Shown in pieces: positions 28,820 through 36,091 of a stretch of 63,884 nucleotides of DNA (its first letter is position 1; every line of letters starts with the position of its first letter). The stretch lies in the IMG/VR virus record IMGVR_UViG_3300036985_002667, positions 1-63,884 of that record; one strand, 5' to 3'. The notes below the pieces were generated by a model. It was not told the origin of the DNA and made no database searches. It saw nothing but the letters and a program-made list of their open reading frames with translations. The stretch comes from a virus (Duplodnaviria; Caudoviricetes). The position numbers were made by a program, and so were the translations under genes.

Positions 28820-29887
28820 GTATTTGCCCATGTCGCTGGCTGCGCGCCGGAACAGTGCGTCGGCACAGGCCATCGGTGCCTTGTCACGGTTACCTGCCAC
28901 GGTGGTGATGTACAGCGCCCGGGCCTCGAACGACTCCCAGCGGTTGACGTACGTCATGACAGGGGCGATTGTCGTGCGGGTCGTGTCCATCGCCAGCCGG
29001 AAGGCCAAGATAAAGTAACTGGCCGTGTCCGGGGGCAGTGGGGCAGTCTCAGGATGGGTAGTGATAGTCTCGGTGGGCGGCAGCTTGTCAGACAGGCGCA
29101 GCAGTGCGTCCATGTCGCGGGCAGCAGACTCACCCACGGTGCCGATCAGGGCAGGTAGTGTAGCCTCGCCTAGCGTGTGGCGATGGCTGACGATGTGTGA
29201 GGCGTGAGCAAGAGACCGAGGGCTACAGAAGGCCCGGGTCTGGTTGTTGAGTGGGTTGAATATGTACGGGTTCTTGGTCGTGGGATCGTCGGCATAACAC
29301 TCGAACACTTGGGAGTATTCTTGAGCGAAGGCCAGCACCTCTGCTGCGATGGCGTTGTGAGAGGCTGTGGCCCAGTTGATCCACTCATCTGCCGTGGGGT
29401 TGGCAACAGGCAACACAGTCATGCGGTTGTAAGCATGGGCCGGGATGTTATCTCCCACGCCGTCAGTGTCGAGGTTAGTCGTGGCAAAGACTATAGAGCC
29501 CGGGGGCAGCGGGTGGTCACCGAGGCGTCGTTCGAGGATGACCGGCAACAACATGTTGAGCACAGGGCGGGACGCCTTGCCCAGCTCGTCGAGCATGATA
29601 AGCACGGGACGTGGCTGGTGTGCACCGAACCGCACATTGGGTGCATAGGTCGTGGTGGGTATGGCGGAGGGTGAGGAGGGTGAGGGTCGGTCGATGATAG
29701 GCAGCCCGAGGTCGCCTAGGTCTAGGTTGGCACAGTCGATGTAGCAGGGGTGGTAGTCAGGCATGTGACGTGCAATAGTCGTGAGGATGCTCGACTTGCC
29801 AATGCCCGGGGCACCGCGCAGCAGAAACGTATTAGTGTGTCCGCATGTTTGCACGAGGGTGGCAGCTTGCTGGAGAGTGACTTTCAT
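28814..29887 (-). CDS. MoxR-like AAA+ ATPase
   Basis: GAPGIGKS, LDE, ATTN, NR, SPRS. Confidence 0.88.
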   Translation of the reverse strand: MKVTLQQAATLVQTCGHTNTFLLRGAPGIGKSSILTTIARHMPDYHPCYIDCANLDLGDLGLPIIDRPSPSSPSAIPTTTYAPNVRFGAHQPRPVLIMLDELGKASRPVLNMLLPVILERRLGDHPLPPGSIVFATTNLDTDGVGDNIPAHAYNRMTVLPVANPTADEWINWATASHNAIAAEVLAFAQEYSQVFECYADDPTTKNPYIFNPLNNQTRAFCSPRSLAHASHIVSHRHTLGEATLPALIGTVGESAARDMDALLRLSDKLPPTETITTHPETAPLPPDTASYFILAFRLAMDTTRTTIAPVMTYVNRWESFEARALYITTVAGNRDKAPMACADALFRRAASDMGKYF

Positions 29888-29912
29888 GGTGTGTCCTTAG
29901 TGGTTGGTAGTG

Positions 29913-29935
29913 GGTGGTCTAACGGTTAGACCACC
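29913..29935. promoter_or_regulatory. TCTAA-N3-TTAGA palindrome with extended 10-bp arms
   Basis: GGTGGTCTAA-CGG-TTAGACCACC. Confidence 0.75.
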
Positions 29936-29947
29936 TATTGCTAGGTG

Positions 29948-30715
29948 TTAGACCGGGATGTGCGTCGTCGTGGTCTCTATCGTGTGGTACATGGGCTCCT
30001 TGGCCTTAGTGAGGATGTGGTTGAGGGCGTCCTTGGCCGGCAGCTTGTGCTGTTGCCACGTGACGTAAAGGGTCGGATAACTGTATGACGCGGCAATGGC
30101 AGGCCACAGCTCAGGCTGTGTGGTGACGGCAAGCTCTAGCGCTCGAGAGTCGTATAGCTTGTGCTTGTAATAGAGCTGTTGCGTCTCGTTGGCAGCGGCA
30201 GCGTCCTTAGTGTCCGGCACTCCTGCGTGCAGCACAGGGAACACTGAGCGGAACTCCCGTGCCTGCTTATGGAATGGCCGGGACTGAGTGGTGTCGATAC
30301 ACCGGCGCTTGAACGGGAGAGGGCGTCGTGGGGTGCCGTGTTGGTTGAGGTGCATGCCATCGTAGAAGGCGTAGTGGCCGTGACCGGGCACGTAGAGGTG
30401 CCACTGGCTGAGCCCGAACCGCTTGCATGAATAGATACGGGTGGGCAGCTTGATAGTGGCAAGAGCTTGGTTGAGCGTGTCCTTGGTGATGTTAGTGCGC
30501 CACGAGGCGGCAGATAGCTGCACACGCCCATCGGGGTACGCTCGCAGTATTGTCGTCTTGTGGCACACAACCTCTGCGTGGGTGGGGGAGATGGCAACGC
30601 GCTGGTTGGTGCGGCGGCGGTTGTGGGCGTAGAGCGGGGCGTACCCCACGTATGCACCTCGTTTGTATTTGTATTCGTCGTAGTGGGCAGTCAGCAGGTC
30701 GTAGGCAGTGGTCAT
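29948..30715 (-). CDS. Hypothetical protein
   Basis: 255 aa, AGGAG SD. Confidence 0.65.
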   Translation of the reverse strand: MTTAYDLLTAHYDEYKYKRGAYVGYAPLYAHNRRRTNQRVAISPTHAEVVCHKTTILRAYPDGRVQLSAASWRTNITKDTLNQALATIKLPTRIYSCKRFGLSQWHLYVPGHGHYAFYDGMHLNQHGTPRRPLPFKRRCIDTTQSRPFHKQAREFRSVFPVLHAGVPDTKDAAAANETQQLYYKHKLYDSRALELAVTTQPELWPAIAASYSYPTLYVTWQQHKLPAKDALNHILTKAKEPMYHTIETTTTHIPV

Positions 30716-30730
30716 GGTGTCTCCTAGGCA

Positions 30731-30745
30731 GTCTAACGGTTAGAA
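30731..30745. promoter_or_regulatory. TCTAA-N3-TTAGA palindrome
   Basis: GTCTAACGGTTAGAA containing stop of 30740-30916. Confidence 0.7.
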
Positions 30746-30916
30746 CGTGGGGGTGTGAACGACGGGGGTACCGTCGGGGCGTGCGGCAACAACTACCGAC
30801 ACTTCGTATGCACGCTTGGCCTTGAACAGGGCAGCGGCAATGTCTCGGGCTTCGAGTGAGGTGTTAGCTTGCACCTCACGCTGTTGATTCTTATAAAAGG
30901 CAACGTATGTATACAT
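30740..30916 (-). CDS. 58-aa hypothetical protein
   Basis: Read by hand: MYTYVAFYKNQQREVQANTSLEARDIAA...; AAGGGG SD. Confidence 0.6.
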   Translation of the reverse strand: MYTYVAFYKNQQREVQANTSLEARDIAAALFKAKRAYEVSVVVAARPDGTPVVHTPTF

Positions 30917-30935
30917 GGTGTCCCCTTAGTGGTAG

Positions 30936-30950
30936 GTCTAACGATTAGAC
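30936..30950. promoter_or_regulatory. TCTAA-N3-TTAGA palindrome
   Basis: GTCTAACGATTAGAC. Confidence 0.7.
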
Positions 30951-30999
30951 CCGGCGCAAGGTGGCTGGGTCGTGGGTGAGAACTCAGTATTGAGTATAT

Positions 31000-31028
31000 A
31001 TTATACCATACATTAGTCTATTTGTCAA
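31000..31028 (-). promoter_or_regulatory. Consensus sigma70 early promoter
   Basis: TTGACA-17-TATAAT with TGn extension. Confidence 0.88.
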
Positions 31029-31030
31029 GT

Positions 31031-31399
31031 TCACCTATTGCTAGGTGGTGGGTCGGTCGGAGGCAGGGCGTTGGCAACGGCTGTGGCTCGCAGCTGGTCG
31101 ACGATCTGCTTCACACGCTGGCGGGACAGGCCGTGGACGGCACCAGCCTTCGCCATGCTCTGGCCCTCGTATGTGACGCGCTTATAAATATCTTGGTCCC
31201 GCGTGGACGTGGGCAGGGTGGCAAGGGATAGGGTTGGGAGGGTGTCGGGGCTTGAGTAGTGCTGGAGAGTGGCAACAAACTCCGCTAGAGGGTAGAGGCG
31301 GCCCGTGAGCATGACATAGCGCACGCCTTCTATATATTGTATAGGCAAGGGGAGACCGTCGAGGGTCGGCAACAGTTCGAGTTGAGGGCGAGAGGTCAT
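31031..31399 (-). CDS. HTH (sigma region 4-like) DNA-binding protein
   Basis: SMAKAGAVHGLSRQRVKQIV. Confidence 0.6.
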   Translation of the reverse strand: MTSRPQLELLPTLDGLPLPIQYIEGVRYVMLTGRLYPLAEFVATLQHYSSPDTLPTLSLATLPTSTRDQDIYKRVTYEGQSMAKAGAVHGLSRQRVKQIVDQLRATAVANALPPTDPPPSNR

Positions 31400-31415
31400 T
31401 TGAGGCTCCGGTGAG

Positions 31416-31430
31416 GTCTAACGATTAGAC
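31416..31430. promoter_or_regulatory. TCTAA-N3-TTAGA palindrome
   Basis: GTCTAACGATTAGAC upstream of SD. Confidence 0.7.
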
Positions 31431-31478
31431 CCCAAATTATAGGGGGGTATGATGGAAAAAGAGTAGTCAATAGAGAAT

Positions 31479-31507
31479 ATTATACCACAGGATAGCGGGT
31501 TTGTCAA
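31479..31507 (-). promoter_or_regulatory. Consensus sigma70 early promoter
   Basis: TTGACA-17-TATAAT with TGn extension. Confidence 0.88.
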
Positions 31508-31529
31508 GGTATATGTTTTGGAAGACATA

Positions 31530-31975
31530 CCCTCCTATTATATGTGTCGATTTGTGTATAAAAAAGGTAAAAGTATTAACACAATAGATACGAAAAAACG
31601 TTACAGTGATACAAATTAGTTGTTTTAAATCAACGGGTTAAAAATGTATAGGTTACCTAATAAGCCGAAAAAGCCTTTAGAATCAACGGGGTATCAGTGT
31701 AACGTAACTTTTTGAAAAAGAGGGGGCTCCCGGCAGACCTTTGGAGGACTTGAAAAACGGCAGCGTGTATGTAAAGGATATGAAAGCAGCCGATTAGGGG
31801 AAAAAAGAATTTCCCGGCGGCGCTCCTCAAAAACAGCGTTACAGCGTCACATATACTTATTATAAATTAATTAATCTCTCTCTCTCTCCTCTGAAAACAC
31901 TCCTTTTGCCACATATAAACCGTGTAACGTTGCCAACGTTACACGGCGGCTAAAAACGTTACAGCGTCACATCTA
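31530..31975. other. AT-rich non-coding region with CGTTACA iterons (putative replication origin)
   Basis: Six CGTTACA/TGTAACG copies, 16-bp direct repeat, 12-bp inverted repeat, (TC)n tract. Confidence 0.55.
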
Positions 31976-31978
31976 CAT

Positions 31979-32320
31979 TTACCTACCCTCAATTAGAGTT
32001 TTTCCGTCCGGCAGCCGTGTCACCCGAACCTTGCCCGCCATCAGCTTGCAGAACGCTCTGAGCCGGGTTTTGTCTGGGAATAGGGTTGCCAGAGTGTCGC
32101 CTTCTTCTGCGGTAAGCGTCAGGCTTAGCCCCGCCGTGTCCGGCAGCCTTGTCACGGTGCCTGTGCCGTCCCAATTGGATTTCCACGACATACGCTTATT
32201 ACACCCTCCTGCGTATACGTGGACGTAGGCGCGGGCTTTCTTCGCTTTGTCGCGGGGGATAGTGCAGCTCTCGCCCACTTTCAACATCTTGAACGGCCAT
32301 TCTTCTCTGAAGTTCATCAT
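31979..32320 (-). CDS. Small putative DNA-binding protein (WPF..L.VGES..IP family)
   Basis: GAGGAG SD; pattern shared with 10568-10801. Confidence 0.6.
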   Translation of the reverse strand: MMNFREEWPFKMLKVGESCTIPRDKAKKARAYVHVYAGGCNKRMSWKSNWDGTGTVTRLPDTAGLSLTLTAEEGDTLATLFPDKTRLRAFCKLMAGKVRVTRLPDGKTLIEGR

Positions 32321-32332
32321 TGCTCCTCTGTG

Positions 32333-32347
32333 GTCTAACGGTTAGAC
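32333..32347. promoter_or_regulatory. TCTAA-N3-TTAGA palindrome
   Basis: GTCTAACGGTTAGAC, perfect; just downstream of a weak TTGAGG-17-TAATAT promoter candidate. Confidence 0.7.
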
Positions 32348-32483
32348 ATACTCATATTACACCCTACTCTCGCCCGCCTCAAGCGCTCACTCGCCCGCCC
32401 CCAGCCACTATGACGCCCCCGCGCCCGCTCGCCTGCCCCTCGCTCGCTACTAACTACTATGACGTTTCGCCCGCAAGGGGCGC

Positions 32484-32507
32484 AAAAAAGCCCGCCGAAG
32501 CGGGCTT
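32484..32507 (-). terminator. Rho-independent terminator
   Basis: AAGCCCGC-TTCG-GCGGGCTT followed by a U tract on the minus strand. Confidence 0.85.
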
Positions 32508-32510
32508 GTC

Positions 32511-32594
32511 CTACCATTCAAAGAGCCATGCCAGAAACACAAAGCCCGCCATTATCGCCAGCGTGAGCCAGCCTACCTCTTGCCCGAGCGTCAT
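32511..32594 (-). CDS. 27-aa membrane peptide
   Basis: MTLGQEVGWLTLAIMAGFVFLAWLFEW; ATGA-coupled. Confidence 0.45.
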   Translation of the reverse strand: MTLGQEVGWLTLAIMAGFVFLAWLFEW

Positions 32595-32746
32595 ATCTCA
32601 AGCCTTTCCACTTCATCCTGCCACCCTAGCAGTGCATCGCACTGCGCGAGAGTATCTTTGACTACCGTATCAACCCGGCGGGCCAGCTCGGGTGGCAGGG
32701 TGCCGCTAATGCGGCATTCAAGCAACAAGGCGAGTAGTTCGAACAT
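32591..32746 (-). CDS. 51-aa hypothetical protein
   Basis: AAGGGA SD; MFELLALLLECR... Confidence 0.5.
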   Translation of the reverse strand: MFELLALLLECRISGTLPPELARRVDTVVKDTLAQCDALLGWQDEVERLEI

Positions 32747-32761
32747 GTTATTTTTCCCTTA

Positions 32762-32780
32762 GGTTCTAACGATTAGAACC
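32762..32780. promoter_or_regulatory. TCTAA-N3-TTAGA palindrome with compensatory flanks
   Basis: GGTTCTAA-CGA-TTAGAACC. Confidence 0.7.
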
Positions 32781-32808
32781 CCGCGCCTCGCGACGCGGGG
32801 TGAGCGTG

Positions 32809-33588
32809 TTACTCAGCGAAAAGGTTATTGTCCGCGAGAATTTCGCGCACCTCAGACGCGACAGAAAGCTCTCCAATGCTCTCAAGCATCGCCACCAATG
32901 CGGTGGCATGCAAAGCCACTTCGTGACGCGTCAGGGCCTTTACCGGGCCTGACTTAGGTGCCGCCTTGCGTCCGCCGGTTTTTTGGCTGATAGGTGCGGC
33001 ATCAATCGCCTTGCGCACCTCAGATTGTGCCTTCTCCGCGTCAAGCTTTGCCTGCGCAGCCGCAAGCTTTACCTCGTCGGTGGCTTTTGCCTTCGCGGCC
33101 TTGCTGGCCAGCTCTTTTGCCTCAGCGGCTTTTTCAGCCGCGAGGGTTTCCGCTGCAATAAGCTTTTCCGCGTGCTCGGATTCTTTTTTAACCTTGGCAG
33201 CATCCAACGTGTCTTTGTACAAAGACACATAAAATGGAACCCCCGTCGCGAAGGATATTTCCATGCCCTTCGCGTATGCTCGCGAAGTGGAGTATCCAAG
33301 CTTCCATGTGGTGCCGTAATCCGTGATTTTGCCCGCTATTTTCGTTGGTGGAATCCCCTTTTCGTTTTTCACAAGGGACACGGGTTTGACCACGCTTTCC
33401 ATAATATCTGCTACGGCTACCTTTGCAGATACGCCAGTCTCTCGGGCGATATCTAACAGATCGTTGATTGCCTGAGCCCGCATAACATCCGCGGATAGGA
33501 TCGCTTCAGTCAATCCCTTGCCGATGCTTTCCAACGCTTTGCGCGTTGCAAGAAGTTCGTTTTCTGGCATTGTCTTGATAATTTCCAC
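32809..33588 (-). CDS. First early gene; Lys/Ala-rich coiled-coil protein
   Basis: GAGGAG SD plus GTG; own promoter. Confidence 0.7.
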   Translation of the reverse strand: MEIIKTMPENELLATRKALESIGKGLTEAILSADVMRAQAINDLLDIARETGVSAKVAVADIMESVVKPVSLVKNEKGIPPTKIAGKITDYGTTWKLGYSTSRAYAKGMEISFATGVPFYVSLYKDTLDAAKVKKESEHAEKLIAAETLAAEKAAEAKELASKAAKAKATDEVKLAAAQAKLDAEKAQSEVRKAIDAAPISQKTGGRKAAPKSGPVKALTRHEVALHATALVAMLESIGELSVASEVREILADNNLFAE

Positions 33589-33667
33589 GGTGTAACTCCT
33601 CTTTGTAGTGCCTAGGCGCTTAGGTAAAGAGCTGCAAGGTGCGCCGTTAAACCTTACAACAGACTAC

Positions 33668-33696
33668 ATAATATCTTTTACTGAACAGACTGTCAA
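33668..33696 (-). promoter_or_regulatory. sigma70 early promoter
   Basis: TTGACA-17-TATTAT. Confidence 0.8.
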
Positions 33697-33699
33697 GGG

Positions 33700-33714
33700 C
33701 TCTAACGGTTAGAC
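33700..33714. promoter_or_regulatory. TCTAA-N3-TTAGA palindrome
   Basis: CTCTAACGGTTAGAC, 3 bp upstream of -35. Confidence 0.7.
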
Positions 33715-33825
33715 CAGCGCATCGCGCACGAACGCGCCGGGCGCGACCCCACCCATACCCCACCCCCCGCGACCCATGATGGGACTCCTCCCTTGTGCTT
33801 GTGCTGAGTTTCGGAAACTCAAAGC

Positions 33826-33947
33826 CCACTACGCCACCTAAGTTAACTCAGAAAAATATATTTTGGCCACTACGCCACCTAAGTTAACTCAGATAACGCC
33901 CATGCGTAAAAATATAGCGCGTAGCAAAACGGTATAAGTTAACTCAG
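33826..33947. repeat. 27-bp direct repeat x2 plus 13-bp third copy upstream of terS
   Basis: CCACTACGCCACCTAAGTTAACTCAGA at 33826 and 33867; TAAGTTAACTCAG at 33935. Confidence 0.85.
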
Positions 33948-33965
33948 TTAAGCCCCCATACGCGC

Positions 33966-33993
33966 TTGCGCTTACGTGGAACCGTGCTATATT
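33966..33993 (+). promoter_or_regulatory. Possible late-arm promoter
   Basis: TTGCGC-16-TATATT with TG extension. Confidence 0.4.
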
Positions 33994-34020
33994 CGAGCCT
34001 CACCCTAGTGCGGGTTGCCT

Positions 34021-34572
34021 ATGTATACGCCAGTCGTAGATACTGACATTGAATTTTCTGAATACCAGCCGACGTTCGAGACTTTGCAGGCTCGCGTCGA
34101 TACCGCCTTTGCCGCACTGGCAGAGTTAGAGACTAATGTGTTTGTGTCGGATGACGACATGACCACAGCACGGTCTGTGTTTATGGGTACGCAGAACGCC
34201 ACAGACCTCGACCTCTCCAGCCCGGGGACGGTAGTGCACCTAAAGGCAATCCTTTCAGAATACGACACCAAAGTCGTAGAGTCTGCCGTCCAGCTACGTA
34301 CGTACATTACCAACAAGCTGTTGCTGGAGAGTGCCCACTCCGACCCCCGCATTCGGATTAAGGCCCTTGAGTTGCTGGGCAAGATCAGCGACGTGGGCTT
34401 GTTCACGGAAAAAGCCGAGATTACGCTACGCCATCGCCCAACCGAAGAGCTGGAGCAGATGCTGCGCGAACGTCTATCCAAGGTAATTGAAGGCGAGCAT
34501 ATGACGATGCCGTCGTCACCGATCCGCCGCAATGAGACTATCGACGACGTGTTTGCCACCCCCGCGCAATGA
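34021..34572 (+). CDS. terS: Terminase small subunit (putative)
   Basis: RIKALELLGK...GLF motif; ATGA-coupled to terL. Confidence 0.75.
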   Translation: MYTPVVDTDIEFSEYQPTFETLQARVDTAFAALAELETNVFVSDDDMTTARSVFMGTQNATDLDLSSPGTVVHLKAILSEYDTKVVESAVQLRTYITNKLLLESAHSDPRIRIKALELLGKISDVGLFTEKAEITLRHRPTEELEQMLRERLSKVIEGEHMTMPSSPIRRNETIDDVFATPAQ

Positions 34573-36071
34573 ACCTAACGCACCTGCCGGACGCGGAGAA
34601 AGCTGACCTGCTGGCGTTGCTGGACGAGCTGGAGTCGCGTAAGCGCGTATCCATCTGCCAGAACGACTTTCTTGCGTTCATTGCAGCCCTCGATGCCACC
34701 TATAAGTTTGGTACGCACCTCAAGCGGCTCGGTGCGTTGCTGACGGAAGTTGAGCAAGGGTATAAGGATCGGATTGCCGTCAGCATGGCTCCGCGTATGG
34801 GCAAGAGCCAGATGATTTCCATCTATTACCCGGCATGGTATTTGGGTAAGAACCCCACGCACAAGGTCATTGTTGCCTCACACACTGCCGAATTGGCGGT
34901 GGATATGGCCCGTAAAGTGCGGAATTTGATGCAAACTGCCGAGTATCGGAGGATTTTCCCCGATACAACCATCGCATCCGACGCTAAAGCTGCCGGTAAG
35001 TGGAATACCAGCCAAGGTGGTGAGTATTTTGCCATCGGTACAGGGGGTGCGCTGGCTGGTCGAGGTGCCGATCTGATCGTTGCCGACGATCCGTTGTCGG
35101 AACAGGACATTAAAGCGGGTAATTTCGACTCCCTTGACGCGCTATATGAGTGGTTTTCTGCCGGCTTACGCACGCGACTCATGCCGGGCGGGAAGATATG
35201 TATATTGCACACCCGCTGGCACCAGCGAGACCTCATTGGACGCCTGATTAAGGACTCTGCGACTAACCCGGACGGCGACCAGTACGAGATTTTCGAGTTT
35301 CCTGCCATTCTCAACGAGGAGTCGACCGACCCGGACAACCCGCCGAAGTCACTTTGGCCGGAACAGTGGTCACTTGAGTCGTTGCTGCGCACAAAAGCGT
35401 CGATGTCGCACATTCTGTGGCAGTGGAATGCGCAGTACATGCAGAATCCGACCGCGTCAGAGTCTGCCATCATCAAGCGGGAGTGGATTAAGTGGTGGCC
35501 GCACGAAGACCCGCCTAAAGTCGACTTTATTGTGCAGTCATACGACACGGCGCTCACTACCAAGACCCGGTCGGACTATAGCGTGTGCCAGACTTGGGGC
35601 GTTTTCTTCAACGAAGAAGACAATTCGACTAATGTCATCTTGCTCAACCAAGTAAAAGGCAAGTGGGAGTTCCCTGAGCTCAAGCAGATGGCCCTTGAGC
35701 AGTACCGAGACTGGGAGCCAGACTCCGTGATCGTCGAAGCCAAGGCCAGCGGCCAGCCGCTGATCGATGAGATGCGTCGCAGCGGTATCTTTGTGCAGGA
35801 CTACAGCCCGGGCAAGGGCCAAGACAAGATCGCACGGCTCAACGCCGTTGCCGATATGTTTGCCAGCGGCCACGTATGGTTCCCGGAGACCCACTGGGCG
35901 CAAGCTACCGTAGAAGAGATCGTATCGTTCCCCGCCGCCGAGCATGACGACGCGGTCGACGCCTGTACCTTGGCCTTAGCACGTGTGCGTAAGGGCGGGT
36001 TGCTGTCCTTGCGGACTGATAACGAGGACAATGAACCAGTCTTTTTCCGCCGCAAAGGCGGCTACTACTGA
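34569..36071 (+). CDS. terL: Terminase large subunit
   Basis: APRMGKS Walker A, GRGADLIVADDP, TRWH, SYDTA, DYS, HDDAVDA. Confidence 0.95.
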   Translation: MNLTHLPDAEKADLLALLDELESRKRVSICQNDFLAFIAALDATYKFGTHLKRLGALLTEVEQGYKDRIAVSMAPRMGKSQMISIYYPAWYLGKNPTHKVIVASHTAELAVDMARKVRNLMQTAEYRRIFPDTTIASDAKAAGKWNTSQGGEYFAIGTGGALAGRGADLIVADDPLSEQDIKAGNFDSLDALYEWFSAGLRTRLMPGGKICILHTRWHQRDLIGRLIKDSATNPDGDQYEIFEFPAILNEESTDPDNPPKSLWPEQWSLESLLRTKASMSHILWQWNAQYMQNPTASESAIIKREWIKWWPHEDPPKVDFIVQSYDTALTTKTRSDYSVCQTWGVFFNEEDNSTNVILLNQVKGKWEFPELKQMALEQYRDWEPDSVIVEAKASGQPLIDEMRRSGIFVQDYSPGKGQDKIARLNAVADMFASGHVWFPETHWAQATVEEIVSFPAAEHDDAVDACTLALARVRKGGLLSLRTDNEDNEPVFFRRKGGYY

Positions 36072-36091
36072 CCCAATTAAGGACCGACCCA

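Noticed and set aside
32360-32482. CTCGCCCGCC-type repeats and duplicated ACTATGACG
   Set aside because: Low-complexity sequence; I could not derive a consistent structure or period.
19981-33714. Palindrome series as a CRISPR array or canonical integron
   Set aside because: Spacing is irregular (about 0.2-6 kb) with whole genes between copies. There is no cas operon (the Cas4-like gene is a standard replication nuclease), no tyrosine recombinase, and no L boxes or long attC stem.
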